NCBI GenBank assembly: GCA_965240325.2
Contig: OZ251225.1
Coordinates: 2,914,001-2,978,000 of the forward strand
From: Rebecca billardiae RCC1528
Lineage: Eukaryota; Protista; Haptophyta
Length of the DNA: 64,000 nucleotides
Reading direction: 5' to 3'
Numbering within the stretch: position 1 is the first letter of the stretch; each line of letters starts with the position of its first letter. The notes beneath the pieces are model-generated. The model did not search any database, was not told the origin of the DNA, and worked only from the letters and a program-made list of their open reading frames with translations. The position numbers and the translations under genes are program-made. Positions 11,336 to 22,164 of this stretch are shown here, piece by piece.

Positions 11336-12412
11336 ATGGAGCGGCGACGGCCGAGGCAGGGCGCCCGACATGGCGCTCGGTGGGTTGCTGCGCTCCTGCT
11401 CGCAAGTGTCTTCAGGACTCGAAACGAGAGCCATGCATACCTCGTGGTCGGCGACCGGGGTTTGCCTTCACACTTTCGATCCCTGGACGTCGTTCCGGCC
11501 GTGCCACACGCAGTGATGGCCGACACGCCATTCATCATGTGCACGCCTCCCAAGACGGGCTGCACGGGCTGGAAGGCCCTCATATACCTGATCAATTGCC
11601 ACGCGCAGCCACCCTCCGACGTGGCGACCGACGCAGGCCGTGTGCACGATGTGACGAGCAGTGCGAGCAGCAAGCGCTGCATGCTGAGAGCGCCCGACGT
11701 GACGCGCCGGCATGCGACCAACCTCGCCAAATTCGACCGTGTCGTCGTCGCGCGCAACCCGTATGTGCGCTTCCTCTCGTCATACCAGGACTGGCAATTC
11801 AGGAACAGGCACCACCCAGCAGCGGCCAACGTGAGTTTCGCCCAGTTTGCGGCGATGTGGGATACACCGCGCCGCACGCCCCGTCGCTTCACGTTCCTCG
11901 CCGACCACGTCCAGCCCGTGGTGACGACGTGCTCGCACGCGGCGATGCGGTACAACATCGTCCTGCGCCTCGAGCAGCAGGAGCTCTGGTGGCACTCGTT
12001 CCTCGAGCGCTTCAACCTCACCCGCTACGTACTGGCGATGCCATTTGCGCTGTACACGCCCCGTCTCACGCCGGACACCGCGCTACGGGAGGTGATGGAG
12101 CAGGCGGCGGGCGCGGCGCCATGGACGGGGCTCGTGACGAGCATGGAACACCACCGGGGCTCCTCCGAGCGGGGGCGCCTCACCAGCATGTACACGCCGG
12201 CCGAGGCGAGCATCGTCACGCGCACGCACTTCGCGGACTTTGTTGCGTTCGGCTACCCGGTGTGGGACGGCAGGCCGCACACCTTCCGCTATGTGTACTG
12301 TAGCCAGGCAGCCGAGCGAGCAGCTACGGTAGCAGTAGTAACCCGAGGCCGAGCCCGATGCGCCATGCGGATGCGGCGCGGGCGTGATCTGTCAGTCTGC
12401 CGACTACACTGA
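11336..12412 (+). CDS. Carbohydrate sulfotransferase (Sulfotransfer_2 family), type II membrane protein
   Basis: 5'-PSB CTPPKTGCTGWK; 3'-PB VARNPYVRFLSSY; HVQP..C; YNIVLRLE; DFVAFGY; N-terminal hydrophobic WVAALLLASVF. The exact 3' end is uncertain. Confidence 0.8.
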   Translation: MERRRPRQGARHGARWVAALLLASVFRTRNESHAYLVVGDRGLPSHFRSLDVVPAVPHAVMADTPFIMCTPPKTGCTGWKALIYLINCHAQPPSDVATDAGRVHDVTSSASSKRCMLRAPDVTRRHATNLAKFDRVVVARNPYVRFLSSYQDWQFRNRHHPAAANVSFAQFAAMWDTPRRTPRRFTFLADHVQPVVTTCSHAAMRYNIVLRLEQQELWWHSFLERFNLTRYVLAMPFALYTPRLTPDTALREVMEQAAGAAPWTGLVTSMEHHRGSSERGRLTSMYTPAEASIVTRTHFADFVAFGYPVWDGRPHTFRYVYCSQAAERAATVAVVTRGRARCAMRMRRGRDLSVCRLH

Positions 12413-13116
12413 TGACTACGTGTCACGACTCGGACAGTATAGTGGCAGCATGTCCAGTGACCAGTGCGCGGTCTCGGTGCTGAGCAGTGCCAATCTGAAT
12501 CAGTGATCTGTGATACGTCTGATACGACCCGACGACCCGAGTGCGGAGTGGCCGGCGCCGTCACCCACGCCCACGGGCACGCCCACGGGCACGGCCACGG
12601 CAGGCACAGGCCGCCGCCCGCAGTCGGCAGTGCCAGTCACAGTGATGTCAGTGAGTAGTGACGGCCGTGACGGGCACGCCCGCACGGCCAGTCGCCAGTC
12701 GGCCACTGGCCGCTGCCGCTGGCACTGCAGTGACTGCCCACTGTGACTGCCCACTACTCGGTTTCTACTTTCTAAAAACGGCGGAGTCGGTGACGGTCTC
12801 GCATATTGTCGTCGGCGGCACCATACCACCGCGATCTGACAACGGACGGCGCCCCCTAGAGACCTAGAGGCGGAGCCAGCGCTATTGCATGACACGGCCG
12901 GGTTCTGACCACGGGCGCACGGGATCCCCCGGGGCCGGTGGCCCATGGTTATGGGCCATGGCCGGCGGCCGCGGGCCGGGGGCCCGGACTCTGTAGGACC
13001 GTAGTTACTAGCGTACGCCTACGCTGCGGTGGCGGCCTGGGTGTGCGTGTGGAGATGGTGTGCCGCGGGCGGGGACGGCCCTGTGCCCAGCGCCACCGCC
13101 ACCAGCCCCGGGCGGC

Positions 13117-14991
13117 CTAGTGGTGGAAGAGGCGCACGCCCGAGTGCGCCATCACCATGCCGTACTCGTTGGCGGCCGCAGTCACGCCCTCGTCCTGCAC
13201 CGAGCCGCCCGGGTGCACGAGGTATTTCACGCCGAAGCGAGAGGCGACGTCGATGTTGTCGCGGAAGGGGAAGAAGGCGTCGGACGCGATGCACACGCCC
13301 TGCAGGTGCTCCTGCAGGAAGGACTTCTTGTCCTCCGCCGTCAACGGCTGCGGCCGCACGGGGCGCGCGGGGGCGCGCCGCGCGCGCGTGAGCCGTCGCG
13401 TCGCGCGAGCGCGGACAGGGCGCAGGCGCGCTGATGCGTTTTGCGCGCGCGCGCGCACCTCGACGTCCGCGGTGAAGTTGGCCTTCCACTCGGCGAGCTG
13501 GATGTCGGTGAAGTCGCCCTCGATGTACTGCACGCGCGCGTTGATGCGGTCCTGCCGCTTCACCCCCTCCTTGAACGGCAGGCCGAGCACCTTGGGGTGC
13601 TGGCGCAGCGCCCACGTCTGCGTCTTCCGCCCGGCGAGCTTCACGCAGTCGACGCGCGACTGCTGCCCGGCGCCCACGCCGATCATCTGGCCGCCGTGCG
13701 CGTAGCCGACGGAGTTGGACTGGGTGTACTTGATGCAGATCTGCGCGAGCACCAGGTCGCGCTTCGCCCCGGCGGGCAGCTCCTTGTCCGCCGTCACGAC
13801 GGTGGCGAGCGTGCGCTCCGCGTTGATCCGCGCGTCGTTCCGACGCTGCTCGAAGCGCGCGCCGCCCATCTCGCGCCGCTCGAGCTGCGGCGGGTCGACG
13901 TCGGCGTGCGCGCGGAGGATGATGAACCCGCCCTTCTTCTTGGCGGCGAGGATCTCCAGCGCCGCCGGCTCGTAGTCCGGCGCGATGATCCCGTCGGACA
14001 CCTCCGTCTTGAGGAACTCGGCCGTCTGCACGTCCACCGGGTCGGAGAGGGCGGCAAAGTCACCAAACGAGCAGAGCGGGTCCGCCTGCCGCGCGCGGAG
14101 GTACGCGTTGGCGGCGGGGGAGAGCACCTTGCCCTCGACCTCGTACGCCTTCTCGAGCACCGGCGTGAGCGGCTCGAACACCGCCGCGCCCGCCGGGCTC
14201 ACGTGCTTGAACGACGCGGCGGCAGGCACGCCGAGCGCCGCGCGCGCCTCCTTGACCAGCTGCCACGCGTTGAGCGCGTCGAGCAGGTTGATGTACCCCG
14301 GCTTGCCGTTGAGCACGTCGAAGGGGAGCGGCGCGCTGCCGATGCCCGAGATGGACGCGGGGATCTGCTGCGGGTTGCACCCGTACTTGAGCGGCGTGAG
14401 CAGCTCCGAGCCCGCCTCGCGCTGCAGCCACGACGCAATTATGCTGTCGTAGTGCGCGGTGTGCGCAAACGCTTTCGCCGCCAGCTTGGCGCGCAGCTCC
14501 TTGGGCGGGCCGGCCGGGAGCGAGGAGATGACCGCGGCGTAGTCGGACGGATCGACCACGATGCTCACGCGCTGGTGGTTCTTCGCCGCCGCGCGCACCA
14601 TGCACGGCCCGCCGATGTCGATGTTCTCGACGCACGTCGCGTAGTCCGCGCCCTTCTCGACCGTCGCCTCGAACGGGTAGAGGTTGACGACGACGAGGTC
14701 GATCGGCTGCCCGCCGATCTCCTCGAGCTGCTTCAGGTCGGCCTCCAGCGGCCGCGCCAGGATGCCGCCGTGCACGCGCGGGTGCAGCGTCTTCACGCGC
14801 CCGTCCATCACCTCGGGCGACTGCGTGTACTCCGACACGTCCGTCACCTGCACGCCCGCGTCGCGCATCGCCTTGGCGGTGCCGCCTGTCGAGAGGATTT
14901 TGACGCCGCTCGCGGCGAGTGCCTTCGCCAGGTCGGCGAGGTTCGCCTTGTCCGAGACGGAGAGCAGGGCGCAGCGGATCTTCTCGGCCAT
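13117..14991 (-). CDS. ATIC: Bifunctional AICAR transformylase/IMP cyclohydrolase. Exons 14991-13459 and 13347-13117 (111-nt in-frame intron)
   Basis: ALLSVSDK, STGGTA, GRVKTLHPRVHGGIL, ENIDIGG, SFKHVSPAGAA, KYTQSNSV, GAGQQSR, ASDAFFPF, C-terminal RLFHH. Confidence 0.97.
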   Translation of the reverse strand: MAEKIRCALLSVSDKANLADLAKALAASGVKILSTGGTAKAMRDAGVQVTDVSEYTQSPEVMDGRVKTLHPRVHGGILARPLEADLKQLEEIGGQPIDLVVVNLYPFEATVEKGADYATCVENIDIGGPCMVRAAAKNHQRVSIVVDPSDYAAVISSLPAGPPKELRAKLAAKAFAHTAHYDSIIASWLQREAGSELLTPLKYGCNPQQIPASISGIGSAPLPFDVLNGKPGYINLLDALNAWQLVKEARAALGVPAAASFKHVSPAGAAVFEPLTPVLEKAYEVEGKVLSPAANAYLRARQADPLCSFGDFAALSDPVDVQTAEFLKTEVSDGIIAPDYEPAALEILAAKKKGGFIILRAHADVDPPQLERREMGGARFEQRRNDARINAERTLATVVTADKELPAGAKRDLVLAQICIKYTQSNSVGYAHGGQMIGVGAGQQSRVDCVKLAGRKTQTWALRQHPKVLGLPFKEGVKRQDRINARVQYIEGDFTDIQLAEWKANFTADVEVRARAQNASARLRPVRARATRRLTRARRAPARPVRPQPLTAEDKKSFLQEHLQGVCIASDAFFPFRDNIDVASRFGVKYLVHPGGSVQDEGVTAAANEYGMVMAHSGVRLFHH

Positions 14992-15711
14992 GGTCGGAGA
15001 CGTCGACGGGCGGCGGCGCTTTTGCTCCGTGGACTGCTGAGGCGACGCCACGCCCGCCCGGCCCGGGCGGGAAGCTTTTGCCGAAGGGAGTTGGCCCCGG
15101 ACCGCTCCGCTGTGAGTTGTGACACGCGGCACCTCTACGACTACGATGGCGCCGAGCGCCAGCGGGCAGTGTAGGCTTGCACTCGGCCTCCTCAGTCGCC
15201 GACCTCAACTGAGCGCTTGCAGAGCAGGGACAGCGTGTGCCACATGGCGCAGTCATGCATAGGCGCGCTCTCAGTGCACTCACCCCGTGCATCCATCCAT
15301 TCCCTCGGGCCCGAGCGAGCGGCGGCCTGCGGTCGTCAGTGACTCACATGAGCTGCAAGGCGTGCGCACCTTCACGTCAGTGCGTACGCGACACGAATAA
15401 TCGCGCGCACGCACTCGAAGTTCCCCGCCCGGCATGCGCACTGCCCGTGGGCTACAAAATATAATGTGAGCCACTGAGCCGTTCGGGTCGGCCGCCGACG
15501 CCATCGCCCCCGGGTCAGTGTCTGCCGTGAACAATCGCGACGCTGCCCCGGCTGCTCACGAAGATCAACGCTCGCAATCCTGATTTGTATTGATTGTCGA
15601 TTAGACGATTACCCACCTGCAAACTTCGATCAGATGATTAGATGAAGACGTGACGGTTGACCAGGACGCCGCTTTGCCCCCCGCCGGCCCGCCCGTGGTC
15701 CTCGCCGTACC

Positions 15712-16257
15712 ATGGCGCCGAGCTGCCCCATCTGCTTCACGGCGCCGCTCAAGCAGCCGCGGGCACTCGTCTGTGGGCACACGTTCTGCTCGCAGTGCGT
15801 GGCGCAGTGGCACGCGGCGCAGGAGAGTGCGGGGCGTGACAACTTGACGTGCCCCGTGTGTCGCACGCACACGGGGAAGCCTGAGCGCCCTCCCTCCGCC
15901 GGGCACATCTCGCATGCCTTGCCCAGGATGCACGCCGAGGACCGATCAACATCGCTCGCGCGGGCCGCGACCTCTCGCGCCAACCGGCTGCGCACCGACT
16001 ACCCGCGCGTGTCCATTCGTGCTCAGCTCGAGTCGGAGCACTCGCAGCGCACGGCAGCGTACGAGCGCCGGCGCGAGCTCTCGCAGCGCCTCGACCAGTA
16101 CCGCTCAAACCTCGTGTCTCCCATAAGCGGGAGGCCCCTGGAGGAGCTCGAGAGCATCCACGTCGCGGACTTTGACCGCGTCTTCGGCCGCGCTGCGGCA
16201 CGCCGCGCCATTTTCGGAGACATCGGCATCTCGCAGAGCTCGGCACTGCACGCATAG
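15712..16257 (+). CDS. C3HC4 RING finger protein
   Basis: CPIC..CGHTFCSQC..CPVCR. Confidence 0.8.
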   Translation: MAPSCPICFTAPLKQPRALVCGHTFCSQCVAQWHAAQESAGRDNLTCPVCRTHTGKPERPPSAGHISHALPRMHAEDRSTSLARAATSRANRLRTDYPRVSIRAQLESEHSQRTAAYERRRELSQRLDQYRSNLVSPISGRPLEELESIHVADFDRVFGRAAARRAIFGDIGISQSSALHA

Positions 16258-16509
16258 GCATGGCCACGCGCGCGTGAATCAGTGCGCGCCGGCGAAGTAC
16301 GTCGTGCGGTCAGCGCCGCTATGTACTTTGTGCTGTATGCGGGCAACGGGGCCGGGCCAATGCAGCGCCGAGGCTCACTCGATCTGCTGCGCTCCTCGTC
16401 ATTGGGCGGTGGCTGATTGGCTGCGGCACAGAGTACGACACATTCCGACGGCATTTCGCGACAACTCGCGGGCGGCCGCGTGTTGACTAGTTGCGTTGGC
16501 AACACCGAA

Positions 16510-16541
16510 CACGGGCGTGGCTGTCACTGGCCACGCCCGTG
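16510..16541. repeat. Perfect 12-bp hairpin CACGGGCGTGGC-8nt-GCCACGCCCGTG; related CCCACGGGCACG units occur near 12570-12600
   Basis: Read directly from the sequence. Confidence 0.7.
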
Positions 16542-16619
16542 GGCCGTGCCCGTGGGGCCCCGCCCGCCGCACGCGACGGTCATGTAACCGGTGCGGTGCG
16601 CGCGCGCACTCTATATACA

Positions 16620-16852
16620 TCGACTACGACCTCACCCTCATCCAAGTGCTCCGGAAGGCGCTCGGCCGCGGCGGCATCTGCCGTCGCCGCCGCGTGCCCC
16701 AGGCCGAGGCGGTGCTCCATCCCGGCCCCGCTCCCGTAGGGGGGCAGGGCTGCGGGTGGCGCACTGTCTGACCTGGACGGAAGGCGCGGACGCATTCTAT
16801 GTGTCTGTTGCACTCTGAGCCTGACGCTTGTCCGATGCTGCCACGTCGTTAA
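16620..16852 (+). mobile_element. Degenerate 3' fragment related to the element at 39328-39758
   Basis: 16812-16852 aligns with 39724-39759 (both end CCACGTCGTTAA before TA-rich DNA). The upstream peptide LIQVLRKALG..QAEAVL resembles LLGTMRRELG..QAKML. Confidence 0.5.
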
Positions 16853-17529
16853 ATGGCGGGCCGTTATATTATATAATATATTATTATAATATCAATTATT
16901 TAATAAATTCTTTGACACTGGGTCCGACCATTCCATTGGCATCCGCTCGCGACCGCGTTCGGACGTTCGGTCCGCGTCAGAGCTCATGCTCTGCGCTCGG
17001 CTGCGGCGGCAATAAGCTGTTAGCGCTATATATATATATATATACGTACTGTCATGCCAGTCCCGGAGACCGTGTCCGTGATGCGCGCCTCGGTCTCGGA
17101 CTCGGACTCACGGACCGACGGAGAGTAATACCGCAATACGGTCCGCGTACGGAGTGAGTACACACCGTACTCTAGTGACCGTATACACTAAGCAGCGCCT
17201 GCGGCCTGACAGCGTTAGTGTTACTACATCACGCAGTGTTACGACGTAGCTACTGACGCAGACGTTACTGTTATCAGTACCGCGCCGCCGCCGGGCCCGG
17301 GACTCGCCACTCGGGAGCCGGCGGGCGCGGGGCGGTCCGAGGCCGGTTACACTCCGCGTGACAGTTCTGTGTTACCGCGGGTCACAGTACTGTGCCCCGC
17401 GGGCCGGGCGGCAGCCTGCTGCCGCTGGCAGCTGCTACCGCCAGTGAGCCGGTGCGCAGCCGGTTGGCGCGTCATGCCGTGTGGCGGGACAGTGCTGTCC
17501 CGACTCGTCCGCGCCACCGCGACGGGGCG

Positions 17530-18015
17530 TCATGCCCCGCCCACGGATGCGTGCCCGTCCTCCCCAAAGAGCACCAGCGGCGGTCCAATGGACTCCGCGC
17601 GGCGGCGGTAGAGCAGCACCGTGTGGCCCATCACCTGCGCTACGTGCGCGCGCTGGCCTGACGCGAGCTCCTCGGCGATGATCTTGGCTTCCTTCTTGGA
17701 GCCCACGTCGCGCAAGCGGAGCTTGATCAGCTCGTGCTCGTTCAGTGCGGCGTCGATCTGCGCAAGGTAGTCCGAAGAGAACTCCACACCCCTGACGCTC
17801 ATGATCTTGAGCTGCTCCTCGGTCCCCAGCCTACCAGCAAGCGCACGCAGCTGCCTCCTCTGTGCGCCACTGAGCACCTCCTCCTCAGGCGCTGTTGAGC
17901 ACGCTGCGAATCCGCGCACGAGCACGGGCGAGCGCACAAGCGCCCATGGCTGCACGCGCAGCGCTGCCGCCGACGAGTGAAGGAGCACCGAGTGGAACAG
18001 GAGGCCGGCCGACAT
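17530..18015 (-). CDS. YhbY/CRM-domain RNA-binding protein with an N-terminal organellar targeting-like extension
   Basis: [40 protein letters not shown]. Confidence 0.88.
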   Translation of the reverse strand: MSAGLLFHSVLLHSSAAALRVQPWALVRSPVLVRGFAACSTAPEEEVLSGAQRRQLRALAGRLGTEEQLKIMSVRGVEFSSDYLAQIDAALNEHELIKLRLRDVGSKKEAKIIAEELASGQRAHVAQVMGHTVLLYRRRAESIGPPLVLFGEDGHASVGGA

Positions 18016-18439
18016 TGGCACTGCGCAGGACGAGTGGCACGTCGCCCTTTGGACGGTGGCGACGGGCGACGGCGAGAACGCACGCGTCGTCGAAGAGTTC
18101 CTCCGCGCTGGGAGTCCACCGGACGCCCGCTGCTCACCAGATTCCGGGCGCTTCAGACCAGTCCTGGACACTTCCCGTCGTCGTCGGCTTCACTATTGGG
18201 TTGCGCGAGCGCTGCGCAGGGCTGGCCCGCCGCTAAAAGCCACACCCGACAACTCAGTTGAAGGTGAGCCTCCGCCGCCCCCCCCCCCCACCTCCTCGCG
18301 CCGAACCGAGGCGCGTCCAGACGCGTCCGTGCGGCGCGCGCGCGCCCATCCGTGCTTGACGTGTCCGTCACCTGGTCCCCGGGCTCTCGCGCCCGCCCGC
18401 CGCCTTCCGCTCTCCCCCCCCCCTTCACGCGCGGCAGAC

Positions 18440-18970
18440 ATGGCGCGTACGAAGCAGACTGCTCGCAAGTCGACCGGCGGCAAGGCGCCGCGTAAGCAGG
18501 TGCGCGCGCGCGCAGTGCGTCGCGCGTGGCGTGCGCGCGCGCCCGACGCTCGCCGCGCCCTCGCCGCGCCGCGCGCTGAGACTCGGTCCGCCCGCCCCCG
18601 CTCTGCGCGCGCCGTGCAGCTCGCGACCAAGGCGGCGCGCAAGTCGGCGCCGGCGACTGGTGGCGTGAAGAAGCCGCACCGCTACCGCCCTGGCACGGTG
18701 GCGCTGCGCGAGATCCGGCGGTACCAGAAGTCGACGGAGCTGCTGATCCGCAAGCTGCCGTTCCAGCGCCTCGTGCGTGAGATCGCGCAGGATTTCAAGA
18801 CTGATCTGCGCTTCCAGTCGTCGGCGGTCGTCGCGCTGCAGGAGGCGTCGGAGGCGTACCTCGTCGGCCTGTTCGAGGACACGAACCTGTGCGCGATCCA
18901 CGCGAAGCGCGTGACGATCATGCCGAAGGACATCCAGCTCGCGCGCCGCATCCGTGGCGAGCGCGCTTAA
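18440..18970 (+). CDS. H3: Histone H3, copy 1. Exons 18440-18499 and 18620-18970; additional 5' UTR intron about 18264-18437
   Basis: Canonical H3 sequence after removing a 120-nt GT-AG intron following KAPRKQ. A31 and S87-A-V-V90 are replication-type-like residues. Confidence 0.99.
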   Translation: MARTKQTARKSTGGKAPRKQVRARAVRRAWRARAPDARRALAAPRAETRSARPRSARAVQLATKAARKSAPATGGVKKPHRYRPGTVALREIRRYQKSTELLIRKLPFQRLVREIAQDFKTDLRFQSSAVVALQEASEAYLVGLFEDTNLCAIHAKRVTIMPKDIQLARRIRGERA

Positions 18971-19087
18971 GCGTGCGTCGAGGACCTGGCGCCGCGTGAC
19001 CGTCAATCGGATCCGATGCGGATCTGATTGATCGCGCCCCCAGCCGAGCGTGGCAACAAACAACATTCAGCACAAAGCCAACTACCT

Positions 19088-19103
19088 GGTGTATATCTAC
19101 ACC
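19088..19103 (+). promoter_or_regulatory. Histone 3' stem-loop-like element GGTGTA-TATC-TACACC (H3 copy 1)
   Basis: 6-bp stem and 4-nt loop; identical 16-mer downstream of all three histone genes. Confidence 0.85.
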
Positions 19104-19840
19104 TTTGTCTGATCTCACGGGCGTACTGACGAGGTACGCGCGCGCGCCCGCGCCACCTGCGACCCGACGCAGCAGACTTGACGTTTGGTCGTTAGAGCGG
19201 GACTAGTTGTGGTTCGGACTGGCACGGTGACAACTCGTACTTTCGGTAACAGTCTGCGGCCCGTATACCGTATACGGCTACAGACAGTACAGGACAGGCT
19301 GACTGAGCCCGCGCCTGACACTGGAAAAGTAGCCATAACACTTAACAGGAGCGGTGGCTGCGGTACGTAACTACCGTAGTTGGTCGCTGGTACTGTTAGA
19401 TAACTCCGGGATAATTCTGAATAATTAATAACTGGCCGCATAGGCTGTTACTTGTCTATAGGTCGGTAATGATGATTATTGAGTGATTCAGCAATGATTG
19501 ACGATGTCGATGACATTGCTGACCCCGTCGGACCGGCGGAGTATTCGCTGGCCCGAATGCCAATGGCGGACCGCGAGCGCGTTACGAAGTGACACTGAGA
19601 CTGAGTAGGTCTCTGAGTACTGACTCAGCGTGAAACGGTCCGCGGCCGGTCGCCGTCGGACCAGTGTAAAGTGTAATGGCGCACAGGCTCCGACTCAAGT
19701 TATCGGACTCGCGGCCGTCGCGCATAATCAGTTAGTTACTGCACTCTGCAGTCAATGCGCATGCAGAGTCGCATGCCCTGGCTTTCCGGCGCGCCCTGTC
19801 CCTGTCTCACTCAGACAATTGTTATTGTTAGAAAGTGACA

Positions 19841-20342
19841 GCCGGCTCTGGCTTCGGTTGACCCCTGCCAGAGACGGGCACTGTGAGCTCCTTCATGAAG
19901 TCACTCGTGAAAACTGCACAGCAGGACCTCAATGGATGCCTAGATGATGACTTCAGAGCGATATTGGGCCGACAAGCACTTCCTCTATAGTTCAGACTCT
20001 ATTTTTACTATGTATTTACCCATTTCAGACTCTGGTCAGAACACGGTCCGGGAGCGATCCGGATGCACCCGTAGCTATTGGAAATGTGTCACCGGACTGG
20101 GTAAATAGCTATGAAAAAATAGAGTCTGAAGTAGTCACAAACTGAGCCTTCACACCCTGGGCACTTATTGGCCATCCATATTATATTATAAGATATATAT
20201 ATATATATAGCAACCCTTACCCTACTTGGGGCCCCGTGGGACACTTCGGGCGTTCATTCGGCCGCAGGAATGCGAAGATCATTTTCGGTACGCCCGGTTT
20301 CTATGACCGGACTGGCAGGGGTCAACCGGAGCCAGAGCCAGC
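19841..20342. mobile_element. Non-autonomous element with nested inverted repeats, copy 1: outer 31-bp IR (19841-19871 / 20312-20342) and inner IR (19991-20130)
   Basis: Outer arms are 29/31 complementary; inner arms TTCAGACTCTATTTTT...AAAAATAGAGTCTGAA; same layout at 43923-44530. Confidence 0.75.
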
Positions 20343-20959
20343 CGGGCCCGTGGCCGTGAGCCGCGACTCGCCGCCGACGGCCGAGTGCGGGTGCCCGAGC
20401 CCGGCGAGGGCTCGGGGTCAAGCGCTGGCGACATCGTCCGGTCTCATCGAGACCTCGTGAGACGCAGCCAGTAATGGCATCAATGCCCGCCAATGGCGGC
20501 AATGCCCAACCAATTGGCGGATTTGGCGGGCGCCGCGCCGCCGCGCCCGCGGGGCTTCCGGAATCCGGCGGCGGCTAGCCTTGGATTAGTCCAGAACGGC
20601 GAAGCGCGTTCTGCTCCGCGCGTATCGGCCCGTCGGTATCGGCGACCGTCGTAAGAACGCCCGTGGCCGAGCCGAGCTAAGTAGCCATCAGCGTGCCGCA
20701 CGGCCTCGCGCTGCCGGCTGCTGCCCCTGCGGCGGCGGCGGTCATGACCGTGCCAGCTACCGCACCACCCGTCTCGGGCCGCAGTGGCTGCCCCCTCGTC
20801 GGCCACACGGCGGCCACGGCTCGCTCCGTCTCCCCTGCGCATCGGAGAGCTCGCGCGCGTGGATCCACCAGCCCGCCCGCCCCCCGGGCTGGGTGGCAGG
20901 CAGCAGGATCCGCTCGCCAGCCGCCCGCGTGCGCCGCCGCCGCCAGCCCCGCCGCGCGC

Positions 20960-21969
20960 TCAGAAGCCCGGTTGTTGCATGAGCACCGCGCAGCCCGCGA
21001 GCAGCAGGACAATCACGGGCCAAGGCGTGCCGCCGCCCCCTCGTGCCTCGGCGGGCGGCAGCGGCGGCGGCAGCGCGACGACGGGGCGCGCGGCGCCCTC
21101 GTCTTTGAAGAAGAGCTCGCGCAGCAGGCGCATCGTGTGCTCCGGGCTCGTCACCGCGTGCCCGATCGTCCGCGGGTGCGAGTAGATCTCGTAGTCGTTC
21201 CCGCCCGGGCTCGTCTTGTCGCCGAAGAAGTGAATCTCAGGGATGCCCTCGAGGTACCTCAGGCAGAACGTCTTGTCCCACCCCTTGGGGAAGACGTCGA
21301 AGGAGATCTGCCCGCCGATGGAGAACTGCAGCCCCATCTTCGTGCCGAACTTCTCGCGCAGCTCCTTCACGAACTTGTCGCGCACGCCGTGCTTCTTGTC
21401 GTACTCCTCGAACGCGTCCCGCTCCTCCTGCGCGCAGTTGCGCCCGATCGGCGACACGTTGATCATCCCGTTGCGGAACTCGACAAAGGTGCCGCGCTTG
21501 ACGGGGATGTTGAGCGCCGCGATGTACTTGAGGCAGTGGTTCACGAGCTCCTGCGCGCGACGCGTCGCGCCGCGCGGCGCACGCGCGGCGGCTCGATGGC
21601 GTGAGCGGCGCCGACGCCGGCGGTGCGCGCATGCAGCGCGCGGCGCGGCGCGAGCGGCGCGCCGGCCGAGCGCACCTTGATGTTCTGCTCGCCGAGGTAG
21701 TCCTTGATGGATGTGCTCGCGAGCATTTCGCCGTCCTTGAAGGCGCACAGCCCATTCTCGGCGAAGAAGAAGTCAAAGTCCTTCTGGCAGCTCGGCCCCA
21801 GCTGCGACTGCTGCTTGCCCAGGTTCGAGCCGCCGACCACGCCGGTGAGCACCTTGGCGCGCAGCTGGCTGAGCATCGTCATCATCTCGGGCGTCGCCTT
21901 GTTCATCGACTTGGCGAGCGTGCCGTCCACGTCGAAGAGGCATAGCACGTTTGTATTCCGCTCGGGCAT
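20960..21969 (-). CDS. PMM: Eukaryotic phosphomannomutase (HAD family) with a C-terminal hydrophobic tail. Exons 21969-21676 and 21550-20960
   Basis: [68 protein letters not shown]. Confidence 0.96.
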
Positions 21970-22164
21970 CTCGGCGTCGTCGTGGCCACGTCTGCCGCCG
22001 CGATGATTGCGGCTGGACCACCTGACGAGACGCCCACGGCCGGGGAGCCAGCTGCTCACCAGCCGCCACAGCGCTGCTGCGCCTGCTGGCGCAGCGCCTG
22101 GGCAGCTGCTGCAGACCTGCGTGAGCGCGGGCGACAGAGTGGACGTTTCAAGGCCCTTCAAGTC

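Noticed and set aside
18500-18619. Apparent 40-aa insertion in the H3 tail (similar inserts in ATIC, CFAP57 and the CXC gene)
   Set aside because: These are in-frame, stop-free GT-AG introns. About 7 of 17 coding introns are 3n, close to chance.
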